Part shown: positions 11,920 through 25,136 of the stretch, in pieces
Layout: each line of letters starts with the position of its first letter
Numbering within the stretch: position 1 is the stretch's first letter
Assembly (NCBI RefSeq): GCF_009834535.1
Contig: NC_045697.1
Coordinates: forward strand, 56,174,001 to 56,238,000
Source: Camelus ferus
Taxonomy: Eukaryota
Direction: 5' to 3'
Length of the DNA: 64,000 bases
The notes under the pieces: model-generated
Databases searched by the model: none
What the model was told of the DNA's origin: nothing
What the model saw: only the letters and a program-made list of their open reading frames with translations
Position numbers and translations under genes: made by a program

Positions 11920-12280
11920 ATTTTCTTTTTTTATAGAAGTATAATAGATCTACAATATTGTGTCAAGTTTCAGGCATACAGCAAAGTGATTCAGTTATAA
12001 ATTTTTTTTCAGATTATTTTTGACTATGGGTTATTATAGGATATTGAATATCGTTCCCTGTGTTATACAGTAAATTCTTGTTGCTTATCTATTTTATATA
12101 TAGTGGTGTGTATCTGTTAATCCCATATTCCTAATTTATCCCTGCCCTTTTCTCTTTTGATAACCATAAGTTCATTTTCTATGTCTGTGAGTCTGTTTCT
12201 GTTTAGTAAATAGATTCATTTGTATTATTTTTTAGATTCTGTATATAAGTGATATCATATAATATTTGTCTGTCTCTGCA
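11920..12280 (-). mobile_element. L1 3' fragment
   Basis: T-rich tail, then gaagtataatagatctacaatattgtg...tatgtctgtgagtctgtttctg...gtgatatcata. Degenerate TSD gtgacgctctgttt (11905) / gtgactctcttgttt (12281). Confidence 0.85.
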
Positions 12281-14199
12281 GTGACTCTCTTGTTTTTAAG
12301 GTTCTTTTACTGGGATTATTTTTATTTTCCAAATGTGTATTATTGCAGGTATAAAAGGGTGGGTGGGGAAAGTTATCTTGAAATCTCTGAATCTTCCATT
12401 CCCAGTATGTATATTTAGCAGCAGAAGTTGTGCTAGACTACTTATTTTCAGTTCTTCTGGGGTATTTCATGTTTGTTCCCTCTCCTAACACCTGAACTCC
12501 ACCTGTAAACTCTCAGAAATTTAACTATTTAATGAAAAATTAAAAATAAATTATTAAGGAAGAAATCGATTTACTAAATTCAGAACTCTCAATATAGAAA
12601 TTCCCATCATTTTCATTAGGATGCAGACTTGTCTCTTGCTGATTTGAGCCTGAAATTGCTTTGAGTTCTGAAGTATACCAAATAGTAGAAAAGCCCATGT
12701 TTCATAACATACAAGTAAGAAATGGTTCTAAACTAAAAGGAGAATGGAGCCCATATGAAGACTGTGAGCCTGAACCTGTTTTATAGGTATTTATTTCTGG
12801 GCATTTTTAAAATTTGAGATTGTGTTCTATAGGGTAGGTAAACATTCTCCAGCTGTCATTAGTATAGATTCAGGGAGCTAATGTCACAACAGCAAGGTAC
12901 AACTTAATTTTGCTAGCTGAAAAACTTGGATTTTTCTCTGTCGTGTATTTTCACGAAATATAGCCTATTTATCATATACTTAGTAGTAACCACAAGACTT
13001 AATGGTGCACATTAATTCCTTAAATTTAAGAGGATAATGTCCCAATTTAGATATAAGCACATGCTCAGTTTAGTTACAAAGAATCCATTGGAAAATAAGT
13101 GGTCCATATCCCAGTTTCTTATAACTGAAAATAAATTTTGGTTCACTGCCTTCCTTTATTTCCACCACAGGGAAAATACAGTTCTTCGCACTCTCTCTCT
13201 CTCATGTGAGAAATATGCTCTAATTTTTGAATCCCAAGGGCTTTATGGAAAATGTGTCCCTTTAAGTCATAGTCTGACCCAATTAAAATATGAAAATGAT
13301 TAATTCACTTACCATTTAAAGGATGTAAAACTGGGTTGTCATCACAGAAGCACCATTCTAAGATATGCACCAATTTTACATATCGTGATAAATCAAGTAT
13401 AGAATAGTTGAAACCAAACTTCATTAATTTCAGTTTTCATTTTCCTTTGGGTGCCATGTATTGCTGTTAAACTAGGATGTAAATGTAAAGATTTTTATAG
13501 ATTTCTCCTTCCAAAACTTCTTCTGTATGAACAAAGAATTTAAATATTTTGTATTTTAGATTTCCTTTTATTCAGATTGAAAGATACAAGTGTCTCATCT
13601 CACGTGGATGAAATTGTTGCATTAAGCTTGTACCTTTTGGAATTGCTTGTAATTTGATTCAAAACCAAATTTAATTTATTTCAACAATATTGTTAAAACA
13701 TGGAGCTGGAATTGAACAACCTTGCAAAATTTTAAGTAATGTTTCTGTCTCAGAAAGTACAGTGAAATTGACTACTCAGATGGCTGCTGGATTCATCTCT
13801 CCAGTGAGTGTGAGCAAGTTACATTTAATTTCAGACACTTAGGAAAATATATAGGATTTCACTCATATAGTATCTCAGTAGGAATGGAGTCTCTGTATTA
13901 TGGAATCGGGAATTTGTTTTCCTTGAAGGCCTTGTCAGATGCAGCGATTTCCTTGCCAGTCAGTAAGGAGTCAATTACAAGAGATTTTGATGCCTGTCAC
14001 ACATCAGGAAAGTTAAATGAACTGGAAGAAGTCAGATAACAGTGATAAACTGTTATCTTTTAGCTTCAACAGAGATTAGGAGAGGGCAGTTTTTGCCCCA
14101 AAACATTGTGGGACAGATATACATTCACCCTGTCTAAGTAATGGGAAGTTCTATGTTACTCAATAGGGGCAAGAAGTGCAAATAATAATTCATATATTA

Positions 14200-14285
14200 G
14201 GGGGAGGGTACAACTCAGTGGTAGAGTATATGCTTAGCATGCATGAGGTCCGGGGTTCAATCCACAATACTTCCATTAAGATAAT
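14200..14285 (+). mobile_element. tRNA-Ala-derived camelid SINE (vic-1 type), short form
   Basis: ggggagggtacaactcagtggtagag...gcttagcatgcatgagg...ggttcaatcc has A/B boxes and an AGC anticodon arm. 19-bp TSD at 14181-14199 / 14286-14304 with 1 mismatch. Confidence 0.9.
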
Positions 14286-15099
14286 AATAATAATTCACAT
14301 ATTAATTCATTGTCCAGCTATAAAGTATGTTGAAGCCCTGAAGTGATTTGATATTTTATGCTATTACAAATGATACTGATTAATATTTTTAAAAGTTCTT
14401 ATAAAGCATGTTTCTTAACAAATCTTCAGTATACTTTTTAAAAATTTACCAAGACAAAAGAGATTTCGCTTTAAAAATGTTTTATTATAAAATCATAATA
14501 GCTAAATAGGTTCCTTTAACCACCAGATAAATAATAATATTAGTTACAATTATTACTAAATAAATTGTATCCATGTGAAATCACCTGCAAAAGTTAGGTC
14601 TCCCCTTCCAGTTCACAAGATCTACTGGTTGATTACACACATTGCAAAAACTAATTCAAAGGTTGTCTTTTGATTTTTAAGAAGCTTTTTTTTGTAGCTA
14701 ATTGATGATGAAAGCAGTGAAATTAGAATAAAATAATGTGAACATAAGAATGAAATTATAAACATTATCTGTTTAAAACTACATGGCTAATCTTAGGACA
14801 TAGCTTGAAGTGTATTACAGATTTTAGAAACATGTTCAACGATAAAGTTTTTTTTTTTGCTGAATAACTAAAAATTTGGATGATTTGCTTTGTGGCTAAC
14901 ATAAACTTTGTGTAAGTTGTCTTAATTTCATCATTGATCCTTCTGGAGACACCTTTAAAACACAGTAAAGCAGAGTGTCAGATGAGAAGCACTCATTCTT
15001 TCTTAGCTAAACTCTCTGTTGCTTGATGGAAAACCTCTCAGATAGTTCAGTTACAGAGTTGATATTCATAGTTTTAAGTATAACACTCCACCCCTCATC

Positions 15100-15100
<1 letters not shown>

Positions 15101-15147
<47 letters not shown>
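15101..15147. repeat. (AAT)15 microsatellite
   Basis: Read directly from the sequence. Confidence 0.97.
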
Positions 15148-15150
<3 letters not shown>

Positions 15151-16819
15151 CTAGATATTATACTGCTGTCTTATCAGACAATAGTATAGAAATGACAAAA
15201 ACCTGAGTCCTAAATCATGCACTTCTACCTCTTGTGTGTCGCTTGGAGCAGTGCATTTAATCATGGCAACCCAGAGTTTCCAAAAATTAAAATAAGAATA
15301 AGAATATTCATCCTACCTAGCTTATTTAGTTATGATAAAATGAAACAGTCTTACAAATGGTAAAATTCTATGTGTACGTAAAACTAATGCAAAGACTCTT
15401 TCAAATGGGAAAAGCAATATTATAAATAAGTTGACTTCTAACATTTGTTAAGGCTCAGGCAGCAGATTTACCAAGCATAGAGAGCTCAAGAACTGTCTGA
15501 TCTTAGTTACTTTTACAGAATCCTTTGTCTCAGTACTTGATTTGGTATTTAGAATGAGGACCTGAATGAGAATAATTGAAATTGAAGTGGGAAGAGGACA
15601 ATGTTACTAACACAAGAAGTATTAAAGGGAAACTTGACTAAGTGTATGAAGCAAAATAAGGAAAAGTCCAAATGCACTTTTTTTTTTTTTTTTTTTTTTA
15701 GCTTCGGGGAATGGTGGCATGGTTGTAGTATTGACCAAAATGAGGTAGGCAAAAGGACAGGACACCTGAGATTTTGAAAAAAATGAACTATATCTGACAA
15801 ATGGCTATTTAGACGATGGCAGTGAGGGAAATAAATGTGATTCTTAAAGAGTCCATTACAGAAGTCCCATAGCTGGAAAAGAGCTCAGATCTGAAAGTAT
15901 GAATTTGGAAAGCATGTAGGTAGAGGTTACACTTGTTTTATGAACTAGGTAGGGAGTATAAGAGAGAAAGAAATAAGGCCAATGACAGATTCAAAGAAAA
16001 ATAGGAGGTATAAAGGAAAAAGAGGTACTAGGAGAATTCATTGATAATCTTGAAGAAGTAACCCAAAATCCAGGAGACAGAAAAGAGAAAGAAATTTCAA
16101 AATGATGGAGTTCATTGAAAGTATAAAACTTTAAAATAGTGTAAAGCTACCTAGGATTGGACTAGAATATTGAAATTTTCACTTTTAAGAAAAGATGGTA
16201 ACGGAATTTTACCTAACTGAATTAGAGATGATAATATTACTAAAATATCATTATTTAAGAAAATATTTAAATAAGGTTCTTTCAATAGAGAATGATGATA
16301 GTTTAAGTGTCTTTGAGGAGCTTTCATCACTTCATGGGAGATTTAAAAAGTCACGTTAAGCTTCATTGCTAATTAATCAATTGAAAATAAGTGAAAGCTT
16401 TTCGACTTTTAAAAATGTAGTCATTGTAGAAAATGTTACTTAATTTATGTAGGATTTTTAAGAGAAACCAGGAGCTTTGTTTTAAAGAGCTACTCTTTTG
16501 TTTATCCAGCATATCTTTATTAACCACTACTTTCTGTCAATTATTCAAGTTTTATTTACTTTTCTCCGGTTTCAAGTAGTAAAATGAGAAGAAAAACTAG
16601 AAAAGTAAATCCATACATACGCGTCTGTGAGTTATGATAAGTGCTATGAAGGAAAAGGAAAACAGGAGGAATTCTTTCACATTGAGCCACCAAAGAAGTC
16701 CTCTTTGAAGACATGATAATTATGGTCAGACCTCAAATATGAAACAGAAATTGATTTGCCCTATACAGAGCTCTTTATAGACTTAGCCTCATTTAAGGCA
16801 GTGTGGTATAGGACAGGCT

Positions 16820-17345
16820 TAAGTATCCATTAGAATTAGCTTTTGCTGAATATACGTGAAAGTACAAAGACCTAAAGGTATTTTATTGCCTAAGCAAGTG
16901 AAATTGTTTTTCTCTCATGCAAAAGAATCCTGGGGGTACTTAGCCCAGGACTGATGTGATATCTTTATCATCGGGTACCCAGATCCTTGTCATTCTGCAA
17001 AACCATCCTGCATGTATAACTTTCATTCTTAAAGAATCTCCTGACCTAGACTTCCAAGCCCTCTGGATTACCAACCATCAGACCTACATTTAAGGCAGGA
17101 AGAGGAGGAAAGGGCAGAAAGGAAAGAAGGCATGTCTTCTAGTTAAGTCAGCACTCTTTAAAGCACTTTCGTGGCAGCAACACACAAGTTCTGCTTTTAT
17201 CTCATTGAATTCTCTCCACCTTGATTCTATGAGAAGACCTGATACATGTGGCTTTATAGCTGGGCGCACTGTCACACTCAACACACAGATTCTGTTGCTA
17301 AGATATAAGGAGGGAATGCTTAGTGAGCTGGCTGCCTTCACTATA
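16820..17345. mobile_element. Old MLT1-type LTR
   Basis: Motifs ttttctctcatgcaaaagaatcc, cttttatctcattg and tttatagctgggc...gattctgttgctaag resemble the MLT1J/K/L consensus. Confidence 0.5.
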
Positions 17346-20300
17346 CTATTATTGTGCATTGCAGTTAATCATATGCTTTAAGAGGCTGAAGCTTAGAGGT
17401 TAAGTTATTTATATAAAGTCAAATACTTAAGAAAATCACTGTGTATCTGTCATTTAGAAATCGCCTTCTACCCATTTTAACACATCATCGAGATGAGCTA
17501 TTACCCTAATACAGTCTCTCAATTTATGCTGGATTTCTACAATATATTCAACAATTTTTACAATGTATGCTGGATTTGCATCTGGCCATCCATTAAAGGA
17601 ATCCTTAATTCTATGTTGACCACATCATTCCTTTGCTCACCTACAGAAATACACACACACATACACAAATACAAATGCACATCTGTTTACACACACACAA
17701 TGGCTCCATATTTTCCTACAACTGAATTTTAACTATGTCTTGTTTTCAAAGCCCTTCATCATCATATTTAGAATCAACTCCTTACAGTAACAACCACTAA
17801 ATCTCTGATCTGTTTGTTTCTTTTACCTGTTTAACATTGTGCTTTTTTTCTGTTACTAGGCATAGCTCTAATCCTAACAGCTCCAGAATTTTCTCTAACT
17901 GGATCAATTATTCTTGGGTTTCATCCTTGCAACAGTTTGTACTAGTTGTATTAATTCTCTTTTAAAAATTCTATGATGGACTTTTTTCTCTAGCTAGAAT
18001 GTAAGAAATTTGAAACCAGAATCATTTTATTCTACTATTTCTTTTTCACCTGGCACCTGTCACAATAAAGAATACGTAGTATTGTCTTTAATTGTTGATC
18101 TTTAAATTGCTTTCTTAATTCCCTTATTTATATATATTTGTGTTAACCTTGGGTATCAATGCTTCTAAATTTGTATGATTATAGTTTTGAAATATAAAAA
18201 ATTGCTTTCTCATGGTAGACTTCAGTTCATTAATAACACCTACCAGAACTTTGTAAGAATGGGTCACTGAATTCCTTGGAAAATTGTTATTATAATTATC
18301 ATTACTATATTAATTTAATTTCTTGAATTTGAACTAGTATATTTTAATGAGTAAGGCTAATATATGTCCATGTCATAGTTCCAGTTTTACATAGACAAGC
18401 ACACTTGTGTGATTCAAAGGTTGGAAAATTCTTGCCTCAACAGAGATCTGTTAAGCCATAATATCTATCAGTTAGCTTTACATATATTCATTATGTGTGT
18501 ATGTTTCATGTGCACAATGAAAATTATTAATATCTATAGTGAAAAGACTAGGTATACTTATACACAATCTTTCTCTCTTGTTCTCTGGCTTTCTATCTGA
18601 AGGGTATACATAAACTGATATTCTGTATCTGAGCGTATGCATGCTCTGAATACATAATGTGTATATTTATGAACTTCAAAGGAAGCAATTTGTTGACATT
18701 GATGTTAGTATACCAGTATAGTTATTATTTCCTGTAAACCTGATCGGGAAAAGTATGCTTTGAAAACTATTTCAAACATTGGACCAGTGCTTGAGGATTA
18801 GAAAGACTGTGAATTTCCGCACATGTGCATCTATAGTCTTTCCTTCTTTTCATAAGCATTTTGTGAGCGCCTATTATGAGCCAGATATTCATCTAGTTGC
18901 TTTTATTATATCATATGGTATAGCTGCTTTAATGGGGAAAAAAACTATTACACTCACCAGGAAACCACTTTTGAAGTTGTGAGATGTTGTAATTTAAAAT
19001 ATTTTTTAAACACTAAAACTTCAGAAATCGCTTTTACTGTTACTTGAGTACTTTCTTAGTACCCATCACTCGCTTGACTTTTTATCACTGACATTGTGGG
19101 TAAGAGGTTAATTGTAATTGCACGGTCACCTGGACTATCCTGTAATTTGAAGTAGAGTCCCTCTGCTGTGTCGAGCTCGACAGTATATTATTTCCAAGCA
19201 TTAGTGCCAGGATGCTCTTTAAATCGGCTCTGGAGCTGAGGAAGAAGTGATTTACGTGCTCGATTTAGTGCTCCTCTTGCTGTCCGCTTCAGGCCACTTT
19301 CCTACGAACTGCAGAATGTGAACAGAATTAAAATTCGAATGCAACCAAAGATGGAAAAAATAGCATGAAACAAAAGGGAAGTAATTCTTGCCCTGCACAT
19401 TTGTTGACAAGGATGTAGTATGTAAATCGCTGGGTATCCTGAACTAGTTCTTTTCCTGTTGGGAATTCTTGAATTAAACATTAAAAGATGGATTTTAATG
19501 AATGAATGCCTGTACAGATGGAATTTTCTACAGATTTTTTTAAGCAACAGGGGAAACAGAAGGCTTTCTACTTCCTCTTAAGAATAAAAGGAGGATAGAG
19601 GAGGAGGTGGCTTAACCACATTTCTTAAGAATGCGTAAAACACACTTGCAGAGAATAATTAGACTCTTGAAAGTAAGAAATAATTATTTTTCTATCTTAG
19701 CAAAAATTAGTGCCAAAATTAAAGCACATTACGGTTTTTTCTTTATCCAGTTTTGGATTAATTAGGCTAAATCTGGAAGCTGCTCATTTATTCCGTGGTG
19801 TTTTGGCTCACAGCACCTAATATTTTATCAATGTGCAGCGCTTAACTGTGTCCTCCTTTTATAATTCTATTCGCAAACATCCATAGCAAGATTCTCTCTC
19901 ATTATGTGAGAAATGGCTTAGGAAACATTTTGGTCCCGCCGTTTACTGGTCAAATGATTGGCTTTCAAGCTGACCATAGTTTAAACTTGCATCAGCATAA
20001 TAAAATAAATGAGTGGTAATACTAAACCCTTGAACATTTATTTAATTAACTAAAATGTTTAAAAATAAGGATGCCCAGAACTTTAATTCCCAGCACATTC
20101 TAGTCCTAGCAGAGAGTTACCACCCTCAATTTTCATACCAAATCCTATGAGGTTATTGATTAAAAATATGTCTGATTTTAAAAGAAATTGTTTCTTTTTT
20201 ATTATTCTTTCATTAAAAAAATAAAGTTGAGGCCCCCGCTCCTTCTCCTGAGTCTTGAACCTCTCTAAAGTTAAACACTATCCTGAATTTATGTCTTTCT

Positions 20301-22427
20301 GTTCTTCATGGCTATGTTGTGCTTAGGTGTCTTTTGTGTGTGTGTGTGTCTCCAATCCAGCATATAATGTTTTCTTAGTTTCACAAAATTTAGGTAATTG
20401 AAAAATATTTTATGCATGCTTTTGTAACTATTTTTCCTACCAACGTAATTTTTTATATTCTATACCTTAGATGAATAAAGGTATAATTTATTGAATTTCA
20501 TGTCATTATTTCACTGTAGGTTGTGTCTCATTTTTTCACTATTGCAAATAATGGCACAATAAATATCTTAATACATGGCTCTTGGCACATATGTGAGTGT
20601 TTCTCTCAGAGATATACATAGAGGTGGAATTTAGGCAGATACTGCCAAATTACTTTCCAACATTTGTCCTTAATAATATATACAAATTTTGTTTTTACTA
20701 CTTGCTCATCAGATGTCAGTAATATCAATATTTTAAATGGTTTGCAGTCTGATGTCTGTTGAGTTGATAGCTAAAGTGTATACTTTCCCAAGTATGGGTA
20801 AGAATGAGCATTTTCTTTTTTTTTTTTATGTTTGGTAGCAGTCAAGGATTTTGTCCTCTGAAAATTCCATTAATATATTTTGGAAATTTATCATCTGGAT
20901 CAATTGCCTTTTTCTTATTGAATATAAATAATAAAATAAAAAGAAAGAAATTGAGGGGGCTCCTGCATTTTTCTAAGAAGGTGAAAGTGAAGTAGTAGAA
21001 CTTTGTCATATGATGAGGTTGACATTTAGGTAATACAATCTACAAATATGCACAAGGTGGCTTTCTTGGCATTTTGGTTTCATTAAACTTCCATCAGAGA
21101 TCACGCTAATTTTATTTTCCTGATTTTTTTCTTTTTTTATTAATTCTTTTTTTTTTGAAATGTAGTCGATTTACTTTCCTAACTGATTTTGAACTATTGT
21201 AGATATGTTTTTCTAACAAGCAATGGAATTTCACTTTGCAATTAACTTATCTTCTTTAATCTTTATAAGACATAAATCTATAAGGTATACATCTCTAATA
21301 AAACAGAAAATAAAATTATTTTGAAAGCATTATAATGCTGTGAAATTAAATTAGAATTACAATAACCAGGTTGCTTTAACATTCTTTCCCTTCTAGCCAC
21401 TTTATTATAGCCAGTATAATGGGACACTAAACCTTAAACTACTTGAGCATAGATGCTTCATCTTGTTCTTTGTGTTCCTGGCCTGTGGAACAGTGTCACC
21501 ATGGGTCCTACTATGTCTGAGACAGTTACAGTTCTCTCCTTTGTGTAACATTAATAGTGTCCTTTTTCACTCTCAAACTTGTCCCAATTCTGACAGTTTA
21601 TCAGATCACCAATAACTTTTGATAAATGAACAATAACAATACCAATCATCAATCAAATACTATATGGCAAGTGTTGGGCTAAATATTGACAATGTATCAC
21701 AACAATACAATAATCTAGATAGTGGTATTATACATTATTTTATATAAGGAAACTGAAATTCAGAGGGTAGTTTGTCTGGTAACTGGCCATCAAATTAAAG
21801 GAAGTGTTACTCATCTCTATAACCTCAGTGCTTAAGATACAGCCAGCTACTGAGAAATTTTCCAAACATCTCTCAGCGCCTGAGAGAAAGATATAGAAGA
21901 ACAGATTCAGAAAACTCCCATGGTGCTTGTTTGAAGCAAACAAAGAAACTTGATATGCTATAACTTTGATTATACTTATACTATTCCTTCAACGGTACAT
22001 TCATGGTTTATTCATGCCAGGGGGCTTCTCTTTGAGAAAATGATGAGTCTATGTGTTTTAGTAAGGCCATTGTGTTTTTATTTCTTTATGTTTTTCATTT
22101 GAGGAAGTCTGTACTTTTAAATGTGAACACTTTAAGGCAGATCACTGCTCTTTAGAGTATAGTAAATAGCTTTTCAGTGGTTCCAAAGGGTGTAGTAGGT
22201 TACTTAAATGGGCTGCAAATGTGTATCTGTACAGTTTAAGAGCAAGAAGAAACTTGTAGCAAACAGATTGATAACTGCCGTAGACAAGAGAAAGAATACA
22301 TCGCATAAAAATGTCCAAGCTTAAAATATGAAAAGCTATGTATTATATTCATGATAAATTTTACATCTGTCTTTTTAAATTATATTATCACTTCATATCC
22401 GTGGGACAAAGTAATGAAAAACTTGTG

Positions 22428-22453
22428 AGTGAATGAATGAATGAATGAATGAA
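22428..22453. repeat. (GAAT)n tetranucleotide repeat (typical L2 tail remnant)
   Basis: gaatgaatgaatgaatgaatgaa read directly. Confidence 0.8.
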
Positions 22454-23602
22454 ATTATATTAAATTATTTCTCTTTTTGAGACACAGTCATAAAGGTGAA
22501 TTTTAAAATAAATCATAGCATTGCTTGCCAAATGCTACTCCATTAATACAGCAGTTCCAAGAGATAGCTAGTTAATAGTCTTTCAGTAGATGGAAAATTG
22601 CACAGTTAAAAGCTTTAAAAGTAATCTTCTACATTCAAATATGGACTTTTCTTAAGGCATAGAATACATACTATAGGACTCTACATGGAACTTAGGAGAT
22701 AGCATGATGTGGCAGATGTTTTTAAGAAAGGAAAATGTAGCAGACAATGCCTTATAAAAATATGTGACATATATATGATGTATATCATTGTGGAACAAAG
22801 TAGATCTTTCCTTGAAGGATTAGATAGTTTTAAGCACAAAATTCAGGTGCCCCTCCTTTGCTTTGTAGAAGCAGCTAATATATCTGTTATATTTACTTAT
22901 ATCCTCTGTGTTTCAGCTGCCACACAATATGTTCTTTTTCTTGGGGAAATATTGGTGTGAGTACTTGAAAACCTTTATTGATATGAAAAATTACCAGGAT
23001 GGTATTCAAAATTAAACACATTGAAATTGCACAGCTTCATAAAGTTTGCTATATAGGTATCTGCAAATATTTAACTTCCTTTACCTAGAGGTCATTTTCC
23101 AATACTCCGTTTGGCTAATCCAAGCAAAGTTTGACGCTCCAAACAGGTATACGGAAATATACACAACTTTGACCTTCTAAGAACTTATAGTTTGGAGAGA
23201 AAATATAGATACAGCTGTAATTACCAAGTTGAGCAAGGTGATAATTAAATTTATGTAAATACACACACTACAAATAGCATAGAAATACATGTTTGTTTAG
23301 TATAACAATATAAGGCCACAATAAAGGATATTATGTGTTAACATTTGAAAGAATCACATCTTGGTCTACCTGGTCATCTTTGGCTCAGTAGACAAAGTGC
23401 AGCACAATATGTATTTTGCTCTCTAGAGTTTGTCTCCAGGCTTCTTTCTTCTTTGACTCAGTCACTTAAAAATATTTTATCTTTTAAAAAATTTTAGCCA
23501 TACTTATTTCAATTGCAGTACTCTAAATTCTCTGTGACAATTCCACTCCAATTGTTTGATAGACTTCCTTGAGTACAGTGGCCAATCAAACGCAGTGAAA
23601 GA

Positions 23603-23641
23603 CACAGTGTTGTATATCAGCTATACTTCAATTAAAAAAAA
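23603..23641 (+). mobile_element. Minimal (~40 bp) L1 3'-terminal insertion
   Basis: cacagtgttgtatatcagctatacttcaattaaaaaaaa matches 10540-10572; flanked by agtgaaaga at 23594-23602 and 23647-23655. Confidence 0.65.
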
Positions 23642-25016
23642 TATATAGTGAAAGAAAAAAATACAGAGAAAACAATGTGGATAGCAGGAGAATTTTTTAC
23701 ATATGTTTATAACTTTTCTCGGAAGGTGAAACAAAGTTGTTTCTCTAGTCAGTCGTTTTTAATTATTTCTATGCTTTTCATAGTTTGATATTAACACTGA
23801 AGCTTTCAAAAGAGGTTTTGTGGTGTCAGCTTAATCACCTTCGTTCTTGTGATAGGGAAGCAGAGCATCCACCTTCTCTCACTTTTGTTCTAGGTTAGGA
23901 AAAAGAAGACTTTGAACTTGAAAACTTGCCTCTAGGCATCATGTGTATTAAACCTCTTACTCGGTAGTCTTTTTCTCAGGAGGAGCTGGAAGCAACTGAA
24001 AAAATTCAAGAGGAATCTGAAAATTCACCAAAGCTATTTGGAACGTCCATTTTATTATCTCTGTAAAGCCTCAGCTCCACAGTGATAGCTCCTGGTCTCT
24101 AATATCTAAACTATTTCATAAGGGAAAATATTGTACAGCAGCAGATTTGTAAGCTCAGTTTAAAACTGTTCTTCCATTTGCACATTTGGTTATAAAACAT
24201 GGTTTTCATCACATGGCAAAACGACCTTTTTTCTCTCAAAAAGTGTTTTTTATCCCAGCTACTTGGACATCTTGTCACATGCTATGTACAAAGGCTGACA
24301 GCCAAAGAACTGTAGGAAAATTAGCCAGTCCCCATCATTACAAGAGCAAAGAGAAATGATGTATCAGGCCAAGTGAAAATGTACTGCAAACCTTTGTTTT
24401 CATACTTTGCTGCTTCAAAGCTCAAGCACCAGGTCACTGTGACAAGGTATGATTACGACTTATTTTCCATGAAGAACTGTGAGACAAAAGAAAAATATTC
24501 ATAGTTGTTTTCTGCAATGTTTATTATTTTGGTGGGTTCCTGGCAATAGATAATACATATTATATAATGCCTGTTATATTATGATGTTCTGTTATATTAA
24601 ATATTATACTATATCTTATATCATATTAAATATAAATTTCAATAATATATATCGTGTTAGTGTAAGTACTGATATTCTGTGATTAAATATTAAGAACGGA
24701 GAAGATAGAATATGAAAAAAATTAAATCCACTCACTGATCCTAAAATAGCAGCCACCTGATAATGCTTTTCTTTTATATCCTTTGCCTCTTTCTGTTAAT
24801 CATACTTTTTACACTTCCTTAATATACTTTCAATTCCCAGGGTATCGCTTATAGTAAGTGATTTAAAATAAAATGTGTGACGTGAGACCACCTTATTCAG
24901 ACTGTTGTATGAGTTATATTGAATCATTTCAATTGCAGTGAATACTAAGAATAGGAAATAGAAATGAAGAATTAAAGAAGGACTGATCGCACACTGTGTA
25001 AAGAAAACATTGATGG

Positions 25017-25136
25017 AGGGAGGGTGTAGCTTAGTAGTAGAGTGTGTGCTTAGCATGCACGAGGTCTTGGGTTCAAACCCCAGTACCTCCATTTAAATAA
25101 ATAAATAAATCTAATTACCACCCCCCCCCAAAAAAA
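25017..25136 (+). mobile_element. vic-1-type tRNA-Ala SINE
   Basis: tRNA-Ala-like head, (TAAA)n, then a ctaattacc-C-run-A tail. TSD core attgatgg at 25009-25016 / 25137-25144. Confidence 0.92.

Noticed and set aside
14200..14276. Functional tRNA-Ala genes (also at 25017, 38356 and 57815)
   Set aside because: Stem mismatches, TSDs and A-rich tails show they are SINE copies.
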